A program made the translations under genes and the position numbers. The notes under the pieces are model-generated. The model worked only from the letters and a program-made list of their open reading frames with translations, made no database searches and was not told where the DNA came from. Shown here piece after piece: positions 25,446-35,684 of a stretch of 64,000 nt of DNA (positions are counted from its first letter, which is position 1; the number at the start of each line of letters is the position of its first letter). This DNA is from a bacterium (GTDB taxonomy: Bacteria; Margulisbacteria; Marinamargulisbacteria; GCA-2716485; JAYNIM01): NCBI GenBank assembly GCA_038109055.1, contig JAYNIM010000005.1, forward strand, positions 1 through 64,000. Direction: 5' to 3'.

Positions 25446-25760
25446 ATGCATACTTTGGTTGATTTTTGTTTAATTCCTCTTTCATCCTCCCTTTCACTTT
25501 CTCCCTACATTGCCAAATGTCAAAAAATCTTGGCCAACTACCCCCTCACCTGTACCCTGCATGCCTATGGCACCACAATTGAAGGGGATTGGGACAGTAT
25601 TTTTTTGGCCATCAAAGAATGTCATAAGCTGCTACACCAGGATGGCGTTCCCCGTATTCATACCCAATTAAAAATTGGCACCCGGATTGATAAAACACAA
25701 TCTGCTGCGGATAAAGTTCGCTCGGTTCATGACAAAATGGAGGATTCACATGTCGACTAA
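25446..25760 (+). CDS. MTH1187/YkoF-family thiamine-binding protein
   Basis: SLSPYIA.C, LHAYGT.IEGDWD, KIGTR.DK. Confidence 0.88.
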   Translation: MHTLVDFCLIPLSSSLSLSPYIAKCQKILANYPLTCTLHAYGTTIEGDWDSIFLAIKECHKLLHQDGVPRIHTQLKIGTRIDKTQSAADKVRSVHDKMEDSHVD

Positions 25761-26244
25761 AATCACTGATTATCAAGACGCTATTCATTCATTGGAACAA
25801 CAACGTTCTAGCCTTGCTACTAGTAAGGATTGGATAACACTGGCAGAAAAATGGAAGTCTGAAGACAGACAAGAAAAGGTCATTTTTTGCTATGAAAAGG
25901 CGCTAGAGTTTCTTAAAACAGATAGTACCTATGCCCAAGACGCCTGTTATGCGGCTATTGAAATGGGGCATGCGCATCGTCGCTTGGGCCATCATCGTCC
26001 TGCTCGCCACGCCTACCAATTGGCAGTCTCTCTCAGTCAGGTCGACACCCACCCTAATGAAGCTGGTGCCAACGCTTATTTTCACTTGGCCTCTCTAGCT
26101 CAACAAACATGGAATCTGGGTTTTGCGGTTGATTTTTATCGTAAAAGCAAAGCCATCTATGAGCTGCTGAATAAAACTGACGAAGCTCAGGCACTTGAAA
26201 CCCGCATTTTAGATTGTCAGTCTAAAAAAATCACAGAGCGTTAA
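25750..26244 (+). CDS. Tetratricopeptide-repeat protein
   Basis: YEKALE, MGHAHRRLG....A..AY..A and AYFHLA TPR-like helices. GGAGG SD before ATG 25750. Confidence 0.7.
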   Translation: MSTKITDYQDAIHSLEQQRSSLATSKDWITLAEKWKSEDRQEKVIFCYEKALEFLKTDSTYAQDACYAAIEMGHAHRRLGHHRPARHAYQLAVSLSQVDTHPNEAGANAYFHLASLAQQTWNLGFAVDFYRKSKAIYELLNKTDEAQALETRILDCQSKKITER

Positions 26245-26284
26245 TATTCTCGCTGGATAGCCCTGTATTTGCTATAGTAAGGGT

Positions 26285-26647
26285 ATGACAAAACAGGCCT
26301 TGCTTATTGTGGATCATGGGTCTAAGCGCCAAGCTGCTAATGACATGCTTGAGGATATTATCATATTAATCCGTCAACAAAGACCAGAGCTCATTGTAGA
26401 GGGCTGCCATATGGAATTAGCGCCTCCTGATATTGCGGCAGGAATTGCGGCCTGTGTCCAACAAGGAGTAACCCATATTACTGTGCAGCCAATGATGTTT
26501 TCTCCTGGTCGGCATGCTCACTCAGACATTCCTTCTCTTGTAAATCGTGCGGCAGACCTCTATCCAAATATCCGCATTACTGTGTCAACTCACTTGGGCG
26601 CACACCCTAAACTGGCTGACTTATTGCTTGAAAAAGCGGGATTATAG
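26285..26647 (+). CDS. CbiX/SirB-family chelatase (single domain)
   Basis: LIVDHGS, HMELAPP, SPGRH...DIP, LG.HP. Confidence 0.88.
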   Translation: MTKQALLIVDHGSKRQAANDMLEDIIILIRQQRPELIVEGCHMELAPPDIAAGIAACVQQGVTHITVQPMMFSPGRHAHSDIPSLVNRAADLYPNIRITVSTHLGAHPKLADLLLEKAGL

Positions 26648-26681
26648 ATTTTTTTGTTGTCTTAATTGATCTTATATCTCA

Positions 26682-27617
26682 ATGAAAAAAATAAAACGCA
26701 TTAAAATCATCATAAATCCCAGTGCTGGCAAACATATCATTAAACTCCCTTTTATTAATAAACTTGTTGGTATTAAAGATATTTCGTATAAGCAATTATC
26801 TCTCAATCAATTAATCACAACCTTACACCAATTATTTGAGGCTAGAGACATACAGGCTGATATTTGTGTGTCGAATCATGTCGGCCATTGTACAAGCTTG
26901 GCCCAAGAAGCCTTGTCGGATAAATGTGATGCTGTGGTGGTGGTGGGGGGTGATGGCAGTATTAACGAAATTGCTAGTGTGTTAGCGGGAAATTCGCTGC
27001 CTTTGGGGGTTATCCCTTACGGTACAGCCAATGTTTTTGCCTTGTCTTTTGGCATTCCTTTTAGTTTAGAGGCGGCCTGTGATCGTATTTCTAAAGGGCA
27101 ATCTCGGGCTATTGACTTGGGCTATAGTGGTGATAAGCTCTTTGTTTGTATGATGGGTGTTGGCTTTGATGCTTATGTCATTAAATGTTGCAAACTTAAG
27201 TGGAAACGTCTTTTGGGACCTTTCGCCTTTGTTTTAGCCTTGCTTAAGGCTGCTTTAACATCAACCTTCACCCCTATTTCAGTTACAATTAACCATAAAC
27301 CCTACTCTGGCTCATTATTCATTGTTAGTAATGTCGCTAATTATGCAGGGAATCTAACATTATGTTCAGAGGCAGAACCTGACGATGGTTATTTAAATAT
27401 CAGTCTTTTTAAGGGCAGACACCTCTGGGATATTTTTCGCTTTTTATACTGTTTATCTAAAGGTCGGGTTACCCATCATCAACAAGTGACACAGTTAAAA
27501 GCTAAATCACTCGACTTTGTCACTGTACGCAAGCAACATACCCATGTAGACGCGGAGTATATCGGTCAAAAATTAGATCGTATCTTTATCAAAGAGAAGG
27601 CCTTACTGATTCTTTAA
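26682..27617 (+). CDS. Diacylglycerol/lipid kinase family (YegS/DagK-like)
   Basis: IINPSAG, GGDGSINE, IPYGTANVFA, GVGFDA, PDDG. Confidence 0.9.
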   Translation: MKKIKRIKIIINPSAGKHIIKLPFINKLVGIKDISYKQLSLNQLITTLHQLFEARDIQADICVSNHVGHCTSLAQEALSDKCDAVVVVGGDGSINEIASVLAGNSLPLGVIPYGTANVFALSFGIPFSLEAACDRISKGQSRAIDLGYSGDKLFVCMMGVGFDAYVIKCCKLKWKRLLGPFAFVLALLKAALTSTFTPISVTINHKPYSGSLFIVSNVANYAGNLTLCSEAEPDDGYLNISLFKGRHLWDIFRFLYCLSKGRVTHHQQVTQLKAKSLDFVTVRKQHTHVDAEYIGQKLDRIFIKEKALLIL

Positions 27618-27769
27618 CTCTGTTTTTATTATTACTATCTCCTAGAAATAGATATGTTCTGTGTATCTATCTTGCATCTATTGCCTCATTTTCTCTGTTA
27701 CATGATATTTCTTACATAATTGTCTAAATCTCTGTCTTTTTCTTATTTTTTTTTACTCTATATATTTTA

Positions 27770-27797
27770 TTGACACTTTATCTATCTTTGCTATACT
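27770..27797 (+). promoter_or_regulatory. Strong sigma70-type promoter
   Basis: TTGACA (27770-27775), 16 nt, then TATACT (27792-27797) with extended TG. Confidence 0.65.
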
Positions 27798-27843
27798 AGA
27801 CTGGTTCATCGGAGGGGAAATTAATGATATTGGAGTTTTTATT

Positions 27844-28110
27844 ATGTATCCCCAACTTAATTTAACAAAATTACCTTTCGTACCGCGACCTAAGGGTATT
27901 ATCACAAGAGCTAAACAACGTAAATACAAACAACAAATGGAAGACTTAGCTAAAGCTGTTCAAATAGCTCTAGCTCAACAGGTGATAGCATCTGCTCGTG
28001 TACTAGAAAGCCCCCCATCTTCTGGGCAACAAGCTTCTATCGAATCTGGTTCTGAACCCCCCATCTTTCTTCAAGTTAGAGCAGCACGAGTCTCTTCTTT
28101 ACTTAAATAG
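27844..28110 (+). CDS. Small orphan protein (88 aa)
   Basis: ORF with GGAG SD downstream of a near-consensus promoter; no known motif. Confidence 0.55.
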   Translation: MYPQLNLTKLPFVPRPKGIITRAKQRKYKQQMEDLAKAVQIALAQQVIASARVLESPPSSGQQASIESGSEPPIFLQVRAARVSSLLK

Positions 28111-28196
28111 TCCTCACTTAATTGCTAGAAATCCACTAGTCCTAATCCGTCCTGATTTTCTAGCCTTCATCTCTCTTTTGTCGCTATAATGGTTTT

Positions 28197-28697
28197 GTGC
28201 GTATATATGGTTTATTTATTCAACCTTTGTTGTCTTTTTTAGCCCCCCTATTATGTTTCCCTCTATTGCTATGGCAAAGTCTCTCTCTGGCCATGCCCAC
28301 AGAGGTTTTATGGCGTGGCGATTTTAGTGGACGATTTCGTCCCTCTCCACTTATGTGGGAACATCACGTTTATAAAGCAAACAAAACCCTGCCTTGCTAC
28401 TTAGATGACCCTCATTACACAAAGGCCCTTTTATCCCTCCAACGTCAGCTTAAGGTGACTCACTTAAAAGTCTTTATGTCTGACCTAAGTTTAGCGTACT
28501 GGAAACCCTTTAAAAAAGAGCGTTTTTTACAAAATTTCATTGCTATCTCCTTACTATCTTATCCCAAACGTGGGTATCACCCTCGGCTGAGCGAGGAATT
28601 TTCTTGGCTTCAGGTTGGGTGCTATTCGCTGTCTTTTTCTGAACAAACCGCAACCGTTCAACGTGTCCCTGTTTTGGAGCTACGACGATGGCTGTAA
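28197..28697 (+). CDS. Hypothetical exported/membrane-anchored protein
   Basis: Hydrophobic N-terminus; overlaps the next ORF; TATAAT 6 nt before the GTG. Confidence 0.6.
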   Translation: MRIYGLFIQPLLSFLAPLLCFPLLLWQSLSLAMPTEVLWRGDFSGRFRPSPLMWEHHVYKANKTLPCYLDDPHYTKALLSLQRQLKVTHLKVFMSDLSLAYWKPFKKERFLQNFIAISLLSYPKRGYHPRLSEEFSWLQVGCYSLSFSEQTATVQRVPVLELRRWL

Positions 28698-29623
28698 CCT
28701 TTCTCTCTTCTGTGTCTAAATTACCCCTGCTTTTTAGCGTCAAACTACGCGCACCTTTTTCTAAATTGAGACTATTTATGCTGTCAATTTCGACCTTGGA
28801 CTTGGTATTATTTTTGACCTTGGCTCTATATCTTTTGTATTTTTCTGCAGATATGATGTTGGAATACCGGCATTATTTATTGTCTACAATGTCGACCTTT
28901 TTTTGTTTAACTGCTCTGTTCTTTCCTAGGCTTAGACGCAATGGCTGGCTTTGGTTTGGATTGGCGGTATTTTTGTGGATTTTTATCCTTAAACATTGGC
29001 AGTTTCAAGATAATCATGTGTATTTGTGGGGCTATTGGATCTTGGCTTTGGCGTGTTGTTTATGGCAAAAACAGGCCGATACGCTAATCTATAAAAATGC
29101 CCGATATTTGCTAGGGTTAACTATGCTATTTGCGTCGATTCAAAAGGCACGCGCTATTAATTATATGAATGGTAATTTTTTTTACTTTACCTTTTTGACT
29201 GATGGTCGCTTTTCTTTTATTGGCAATTTATTTCGTAAAAACTTTTATCAGATTGTTCATAAGAATAATGCTCTATTATCTAAGATGCATGATAGCCTTA
29301 GCCCAGTTCAGTTGTTAGGGGGCAGCCCCGACCTACTAGTTGTGGCTAAAATTGTGACCTGGTTTACCTTTTTAATTGAATTGTTACTCGCCCTTTCTTT
29401 TTTACTTCCTCAACAATGGCGCTTGGCACGCTATCGATTTTATTATTTTGCCTGCTTTTGTGGCATCTATTTTTTAGTCCCTGTTAAAGGATTTGCCGCT
29501 GTTTTGATTCTAATGGCAATGGCTCAACTCAACAAACATCAGTGGGCCTTTAAATTGTTATTTTTAGTCTTGCTACTGTATATCTTTTGGCTGTCTAGCT
29601 TTATGTTACGCTTTATTCACTAA
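28688..29623 (+). CDS. Polytopic membrane protein, HTTM-domain-like
   Basis: Multiple TM segments; DNHVYLWGYW and FASIQK....YMNG.FF pattern resemble the HTTM fold. Confidence 0.55.
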   Translation: MAVTFLSSVSKLPLLFSVKLRAPFSKLRLFMLSISTLDLVLFLTLALYLLYFSADMMLEYRHYLLSTMSTFFCLTALFFPRLRRNGWLWFGLAVFLWIFILKHWQFQDNHVYLWGYWILALACCLWQKQADTLIYKNARYLLGLTMLFASIQKARAINYMNGNFFYFTFLTDGRFSFIGNLFRKNFYQIVHKNNALLSKMHDSLSPVQLLGGSPDLLVVAKIVTWFTFLIELLLALSFLLPQQWRLARYRFYYFACFCGIYFLVPVKGFAAVLILMAMAQLNKHQWAFKLLFLVLLLYIFWLSSFMLRFIH

Positions 29624-32600
29624 TTGACTTTAGCATTATCCGTCCTTGTCCTAGCAATTTTTCTAATACCTCTTCTGTTTTCTTATCTTCATTAATCCAA
29701 TAGCGTTTACCTGTTTTTAAACATTGGTTATTTAGTTGTAACCATAACGGCATTGATCCATGATGTTTCAAACAACAGGCCGATAGTTCTTTTAAGACGT
29801 TTTTGTCTAAATGATCAATGTTGATAAACATGGCTTTATTTTGGTTATCTTGTAAAATGCAGGCTTGTTCCACGGCAATCGAACACTCGTCTCCACGAAC
29901 TTTTAAGGGCCCAGATACCAACATACAGCGCTCATCTTGAAATGTATCCATGAGGGATTCTCGTCCTGGTTTAAAAAAAACCAATAATGGAATTTGTCCG
30001 CTTTGGTCTTCAATCATTGCAGAAATCATAGGCTGGTTTCGTTTGGTGATTATTTTCCGATACTGGCTAATTAATCCTGCTACCTGCATCATCTGTCCGT
30101 CTTGATCCGCTGTGATCTCTGAAATTTGTTGTTTGGCTGCATGTAACTGATCTTTATATTCTGTTAACGGATGCCCTGATACGTACAAACCTACTAACTC
30201 TTTTTCTGCTCTTAATAACTCTAATTTAGATAATACCGATGGGTTTTCATTTATTTTGGTAGGCATAAAATCCTGTTCTTCATTTTCTCCAGCAAATAGG
30301 GATACTTGCCCCTTGTCTCTTTCTTTCACTCGTTGTTGTGCTTGCTCTAATATCCCTTCAAACCTACTTAAACTCTTATTCCTATCTCCAAAGCTATCCA
30401 TTGCTGAACTTTTGATTAAACTCTCTAACACACGTTTATTTACCTGTCTCAAATCTACTCTCATACAAAAATCCATCATATCTTTATAGGGTCGATTCCG
30501 TCGTTCTTTGATAATACTTTCTATAGCGGCTTCTCCCACATTTTTAATCGCTGCCAAGCCCAACCTAATCGCTTTTTTACCCTCTTTGTTTGCTTCAATG
30601 GTAAAGGCGGCTTTTGAATCATTCACACTGGGACCTAATATTGTAATCCCTAAATCACGACAATTCTGAACATATAACGCTGCTTTATCCCCTGACCCAA
30701 GGACTGAAGACAATAATGCCGTCATATATTCTTCGGGAAAATGTTTTTTTAAGTAGGCTGTTTGATATGAAATAAGTGCATATGCTGCGGAATGTGATTT
30801 ATTAAAGCCGTATTCTGCAAATTTATAACATAAGTCAAAGATCTTTATTGCTTTTTTGACTGGGACATTTTTTGCTTCTGCTCCTTCTAAAAATGTGACT
30901 TTCATTTCATCCATCACTGATTTCTTTTTCTTTCCCATTGCCCGACGTAGCATATCTGCTTGCCCTAATGAAAACCCTCCAACGATAGAGGCTATTTGCA
31001 TGACTTGTTCTTGGTACACAATCATGCCATATGTTGGTTTTAAAATGCCCTCTAATTCTGGTATTTCATACTTAATCTGTGTCTCACCACTTTTATTACT
31101 TATAAACTCTTGCACCATCCCGGAGCCTAGTGGTCCAGGACGATATAAGGCTAAAAGAGCGATTAAATCTTCAAAGACCTTGGGCTTTAGATCTTTAACC
31201 AAACGCTGCATCCCCTGACTTTCTAACTGAAACACCCCCATTGTATCCCCTGAACATAACAGCTGATAGGTGGCCTCGTCGTCCATGGCTAATTGATCTA
31301 ACTCTATCTCAATACCACGATTTTCCTTAATCAACACTAAGGCATCTGACATCACTGTCAAATTTCGTAATCCTAGGATATCCATTTTTAATAAGCCAAT
31401 ATTTTCAATATCTGCCATTGGGTATTGCGTCGAAATTTGACCATCATTTTTAATGAGAGGAACAACATCCGTTAACGGATCTCTGGAAATCACTACACCT
31501 GCTGCATGCGTAGAGGTATGTCTAACCTGACCTTCAATCACCTGGCTAATATCAAGTAACTCTTTATGTTGTGTGTTTGCTTTATATGTTTTTTTTAATT
31601 CAGGAATAGTCTCTAATGCTTCTTGAATACTGGTGTATTTTCCGGGTGTTGAGGGAATACATTTCGCTAAAAAATCAACCTCATTTAAGGGGACTCCTAA
31701 TGCTCTTCCGACATCTCGCACGACTGCACGAGATTGCATTGTTCCAAATGTCACAATTTGAGCCACTCTCTCTTGCCCGTATGTTTGAACAATATAATCA
31801 ATGACTTCTCCGCGTCTTCGTATACAAAAATCAATATCAATATCGGGCATGGAGACACGTTCTGGATTTAAAAAACGCTCAAAAAGCAAGTTATAGGGCA
31901 AGGGATCTATTTTAGTAATATCTAAGGCATAAGCGACAATCGATCCTGCAGCGGAACCTCGCCCAGGCCCGACTGGAATACCTTGATGCTGACAAAACTC
32001 TAAAAAATCGTAAATAATCAAAAAATAATTCGCATAATGCATGCGCAAAATAATATCTAACTCACGTTTTACACGATCCTTGATCTCTTGTGTTCGTTTA
32101 GGATATTTTTTATCCACGCCTTCCCATACTAGTTTTTCTAAATACGCTTCACTACTTAATTGATCTGGACAACTAAAGTGAGGGAGCATCACCTGATTTG
32201 TCTCAATTTCAACATTACAACTATCCGCTATTTTAAGGGTATTACTAATACTTTCAGGATAGTGTTTAAATAAGGTTGCCATTTCTTGGCTACTCTTAAA
32301 ATATTGTTGCTCACTTTGTGATCGATTTTTCTCATTTCCTTCTAAGGTTCGTCCTGTTTGTATACAATTCAAGATGTCTCGCGTATAGGCTAAATTACTT
32401 GTAGCATAATACACATTATTTGTGGCAACCAAGGGAATTTGTAAGTCGTTGGCTAGCTCTAATGTGCCGCTTGTGGCTAACTCTTCAAAGGGCAGACCAC
32501 ACTTTTGAAGTCCTAAATAAAAATCATGTTGATAAATCTCTTTTAAGGTTTGAGCAGCTTCCTTGGCTGCTTGGTCTTGATGTGACACAGTAAAATCGGC

Positions 32601-33020
32601 TATTACGCCATTTAAGCCAGGTGAGATCGCAATCACATTCTTGTTGTATGTTCGTAACAAGTCCCAATCAACCCGAGGCCTATAATAAAAACCCTCTAAA
32701 TAACTGACCGATACCAATTTAATTAAGTTCTGATATCCTACAAAATCCTTTGCTAATAGAATCAATCGTTTTCTAGCACGTTGTTTTTCTTGGATACTTT
32801 CTGTTACAAATACTTCGCAGCCTATAATCGCTTTTATCCCTTTGGCTTTAGCTTTGAGATAAAAATCAATGCTGCCATACATGGTGCCATTGTCTGTCAG
32901 TGCGACGGCCTTCATGCCTGCATCAGCTGTAAGATCAATCAATTTTTGGATTTTGATTGCCCCTTCTAAGATAGAATATTCGCTATGTGTATGTAGGTGA
33001 ATAAAGTGTTGGGTCGTCAT
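29613..33020 (-). CDS. dnaE: DNA polymerase III alpha subunit
   Basis: HLHTHSEYS PHP domain, GPGRGSAAGS, FERFLNPERVSMPDIDIDF, YGFNKSHSAAY. Confidence 0.98.
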   Translation of the reverse strand: MTTQHFIHLHTHSEYSILEGAIKIQKLIDLTADAGMKAVALTDNGTMYGSIDFYLKAKAKGIKAIIGCEVFVTESIQEKQRARKRLILLAKDFVGYQNLIKLVSVSYLEGFYYRPRVDWDLLRTYNKNVIAISPGLNGVIADFTVSHQDQAAKEAAQTLKEIYQHDFYLGLQKCGLPFEELATSGTLELANDLQIPLVATNNVYYATSNLAYTRDILNCIQTGRTLEGNEKNRSQSEQQYFKSSQEMATLFKHYPESISNTLKIADSCNVEIETNQVMLPHFSCPDQLSSEAYLEKLVWEGVDKKYPKRTQEIKDRVKRELDIILRMHYANYFLIIYDFLEFCQHQGIPVGPGRGSAAGSIVAYALDITKIDPLPYNLLFERFLNPERVSMPDIDIDFCIRRRGEVIDYIVQTYGQERVAQIVTFGTMQSRAVVRDVGRALGVPLNEVDFLAKCIPSTPGKYTSIQEALETIPELKKTYKANTQHKELLDISQVIEGQVRHTSTHAAGVVISRDPLTDVVPLIKNDGQISTQYPMADIENIGLLKMDILGLRNLTVMSDALVLIKENRGIEIELDQLAMDDEATYQLLCSGDTMGVFQLESQGMQRLVKDLKPKVFEDLIALLALYRPGPLGSGMVQEFISNKSGETQIKYEIPELEGILKPTYGMIVYQEQVMQIASIVGGFSLGQADMLRRAMGKKKKSVMDEMKVTFLEGAEAKNVPVKKAIKIFDLCYKFAEYGFNKSHSAAYALISYQTAYLKKHFPEEYMTALLSSVLGSGDKAALYVQNCRDLGITILGPSVNDSKAAFTIEANKEGKKAIRLGLAAIKNVGEAAIESIIKERRNRPYKDMMDFCMRVDLRQVNKRVLESLIKSSAMDSFGDRNKSLSRFEGILEQAQQRVKERDKGQVSLFAGENEEQDFMPTKINENPSVLSKLELLRAEKELVGLYVSGHPLTEYKDQLHAAKQQISEITADQDGQMMQVAGLISQYRKIITKRNQPMISAMIEDQSGQIPLLVFFKPGRESLMDTFQDERCMLVSGPLKVRGDECSIAVEQACILQDNQNKAMFINIDHLDKNVLKELSACCLKHHGSMPLWLQLNNQCLKTGKRYWINEDKKTEEVLEKLLGQGRIMLKSISE

Positions 33021-33029
33021 CGTCTATTC

Positions 33030-33974
33030 TTAATACAGCCAACAGGCAACTTCTGCCCTTTTATGCGCTTTTAAGATGGGCTCTTGGGTGGTACAGGGAT
33101 CGACTATTTTCGGGCAGCGAGGATGAAAGCTGCAGCCCCTTGGCCTGTTTAAGGGGCTAGGAATGTCCCCTTTTAGTAAAGTTGGCTGATGTTTCTTGCT
33201 AGGATCTGTAGACGGTATGGCTGAAATCAGTGCTTGCGTGTAGGGATGTTTGGGGTCGCCAAAAATTTGTTCTGGCGTCCCTATTTCGACTAATTTCCCT
33301 AAATACATCACTAAAATACGGTCACAGTATTGCGCGATCACTCCTAGATCATGGGAAATTAATAATACTGACATATTGAGTTCTTTTTTGAGCTGATTGA
33401 TCAAGGCCAATATCTGGGCTTGAACGGTGACATCCAACGACGCTGTGGGTTCATCAGCAATAAGTAACTTAGGTTGCATCCCCAAGGTAATCGCAATCAT
33501 TACCCGCTGGCACATGCCCAAGGAAAACTGATGAGGATAATCATTCAAACGTTTTTCTGCGTCTGGGATATTCACTTTATTCAATAAATCAATCGCGATC
33601 TTTCGTGCCTGTTCTTTGTGACATTTTTGATGTAAACAAATCGTTTCGATTAATTGGTTACCTATACTAAACACAGGATTTAGCGCAGCTAATGGATTTT
33701 GAAATATTAAGGCAATTTCCGACCCGCGGATGGCTTTTATTGTTGTTGGTATCTGTAAATTTTTTCCTTGCCAGCTAAGTTGCTTTGCTGATATTTTTGC
33801 AGTCTCTGGTAATAACTGTAAAATTGAGAGTGCCGTTACACTCTTTCCACTCCCCGATTCACCGACGAGCCCGAGTGTTTCATTTTCTGCAATGTCAAAT
33901 GAAATGTCATCTACAGCGCTGACTGTTTTTTCCCTAATTGTAAAACACGTTTTTAACTTTCTAACACGGAGCAT
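33030..33974 (-). CDS. Oligopeptide/dipeptide ABC transporter ATPase (OppD/DppD-like)
   Basis: GESGSGKS, YPHQFSLGMCQR, LIADEPT, HPYT..L, C.FHPRC C-terminus. Confidence 0.92.
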   Translation of the reverse strand: MLRVRKLKTCFTIREKTVSAVDDISFDIAENETLGLVGESGSGKSVTALSILQLLPETAKISAKQLSWQGKNLQIPTTIKAIRGSEIALIFQNPLAALNPVFSIGNQLIETICLHQKCHKEQARKIAIDLLNKVNIPDAEKRLNDYPHQFSLGMCQRVMIAITLGMQPKLLIADEPTASLDVTVQAQILALINQLKKELNMSVLLISHDLGVIAQYCDRILVMYLGKLVEIGTPEQIFGDPKHPYTQALISAIPSTDPSKKHQPTLLKGDIPSPLNRPRGCSFHPRCPKIVDPCTTQEPILKAHKRAEVACWLY

Positions 33975-34129
33975 GTTTCTTCCTTTTAAATATAGCAAAT
34001 AAACACAGTCTATATAACTCCCTGTTCTTAGGTTATAGATCTTTGTAAGTGATAGATTATCCTTATATATTGTATTTAGTTTTAATTTACTGTAGGATTA
34101 GAAAAAATCTTATAAATAAGGGTTGTTAC

Positions 34130-34606
34130 ATGGGAAAAAATAAATCGAAACTTTTTGGGTTTACATTAATTGAAATGTTAATTGTTGTTGGTGTTATTTC
34201 TTTATTACTCGCTATTATTATTCCTAGATTTAGTAAAATTCGTTTGCAAGCTAAATACCAGTCAAATATTGCAAATGCCCAAAAAATGATTGATATTATA
34301 GAAACTTACAAAACTGTACAAGGTTCTTCTGCACTAGCCGCATCTACTACTTATGGTTTGGGGCAGCTTGTTAATTCAGGTGATCCTCTTACAAACTTTA
34401 TTGCTTCTGATTCTTCATTAGTAGGCCCAGGTGGATCAGGTGTTACCTTTAGAAACCCTTTTACAGGGGCAACTTATGCAGATTCTAATTCAGCTGCCGC
34501 AGGTCAAGTTCTTTTTGTGTCTGATGCTAATAAAGAGCTTGATAAGGTCACAATCTATGGTGAAACTAGCTCAACTGTAGTCAAAGAAATAGATTATACT
34601 CCCTAA
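34130..34606 (+). CDS. Type IV pilin/pseudopilin-like protein
   Basis: Prepilin cleavage/methylation motif G|FTLIEMLIVVGVISLLLAIIIP. Confidence 0.88.
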   Translation: MGKNKSKLFGFTLIEMLIVVGVISLLLAIIIPRFSKIRLQAKYQSNIANAQKMIDIIETYKTVQGSSALAASTTYGLGQLVNSGDPLTNFIASDSSLVGPGGSGVTFRNPFTGATYADSNSAAAGQVLFVSDANKELDKVTIYGETSSTVVKEIDYTP

Positions 34607-34704
34607 ATTTTTATCCTGATTTACTCCTTTTTTATCTAAAGGAAAGTAATGACTGTATGGTCTTTTTTGATATTTATCTTCCGAAATCTCTATTAATCTT
34701 CCCT

Positions 34705-35664
34705 TCAGTTAAATACCGTTAACCTAGGCCCGCTTTGCTGAACAACTTTTGCAGAAAGTTCTATTCCACGCATTCCAGATTTTTCTAAGGAGTTACCTTG
34801 ACTTATTTCAAACAGGAAGGCTCCTGCAAACGTATCTCCTGCACCATTGGTGTTTATCGCTTTTACTTTTTTTCCTTCTAGTTGTATCTTGCGATGTTCC
34901 GTATAAATACTGGCACCTTTTTCACCTTGTGTTACAATCACTGTTTCACAATCTTTTAATACAAGATTTACGGCCATGTCCATGTCTGATTTTTGGCTAT
35001 AGGCGCATATTTCAGCCTCATTACAAAATAAATAACTGATCTTTTTATGCGTTAGAAAGGTCTTAAACCGATCCCGGAAAGCTTCCACCATAAAAATATC
35101 AGATAAGGTAATGGCTATTTTTCCTGTGGATTTTCTTTGCGCCTCTAAACATGCCTCAAACCCTTCTTGGGTGCTCAATAAATAGCCTTCGCAGTAGACA
35201 ATTCCTGCTTGCTCTAAGGCGACACTGTCTAAATCTTTAGCTGAAAATTTGGCGGATATCCCTAGATAGGTTTCAAAGGTTCGTTGTGCGTCGGGATGGA
35301 TATAGGCTAAACAGCGGCCCGTGCCTATCTTTGACTGGCTGACATCAATCTTGCAGCGAATCCCTAATTTTTCTAAATCTTTCATAAAAAAATGACCCGT
35401 CTTATCATCTGCAACTAGGCCTGAGAATGCTGTTTTTGCGCCTAGTTTTGCCGCTGTGTAGATAGAATTTGCGGCTGAGCCCCCGGCCGCTAAGGAGATA
35501 TCTTGATCTGATAGAATTTGAAGCTGTTTCGTTAATTTTTCCTCGTCAATTAATGTCATGGTCCCTTTGTCGATTCCTAGCGTTTTAAACGCTGCGTCAG
35601 ACAAGGGTATCTCTGTGTCTACTAGGGCATTTCCTATTGCGTAAAGTTGGATGTTCTCGTTCAT
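34705..35664 (-). CDS. PfkB-family (adenosine-kinase-like) kinase
   Basis: IGNALVD, GGSAANS, NTNGAGDTFAGAFL. GGAGG SD before ATG 35664. Confidence 0.9.
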   Translation of the reverse strand: MNENIQLYAIGNALVDTEIPLSDAAFKTLGIDKGTMTLIDEEKLTKQLQILSDQDISLAAGGSAANSIYTAAKLGAKTAFSGLVADDKTGHFFMKDLEKLGIRCKIDVSQSKIGTGRCLAYIHPDAQRTFETYLGISAKFSAKDLDSVALEQAGIVYCEGYLLSTQEGFEACLEAQRKSTGKIAITLSDIFMVEAFRDRFKTFLTHKKISYLFCNEAEICAYSQKSDMDMAVNLVLKDCETVIVTQGEKGASIYTEHRKIQLEGKKVKAINTNGAGDTFAGAFLFEISQGNSLEKSGMRGIELSAKVVQQSGPRLTVFN

Positions 35665-35684
35665 GACTCCTCCGTTTTGTCGCC

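Noticed and set aside
27844..29623. SdpABC-like toxin operon
   Set aside because: The 88-aa ORF has no signal peptide or toxin-like hydrophobic core, and the downstream pair has its own -10 box.
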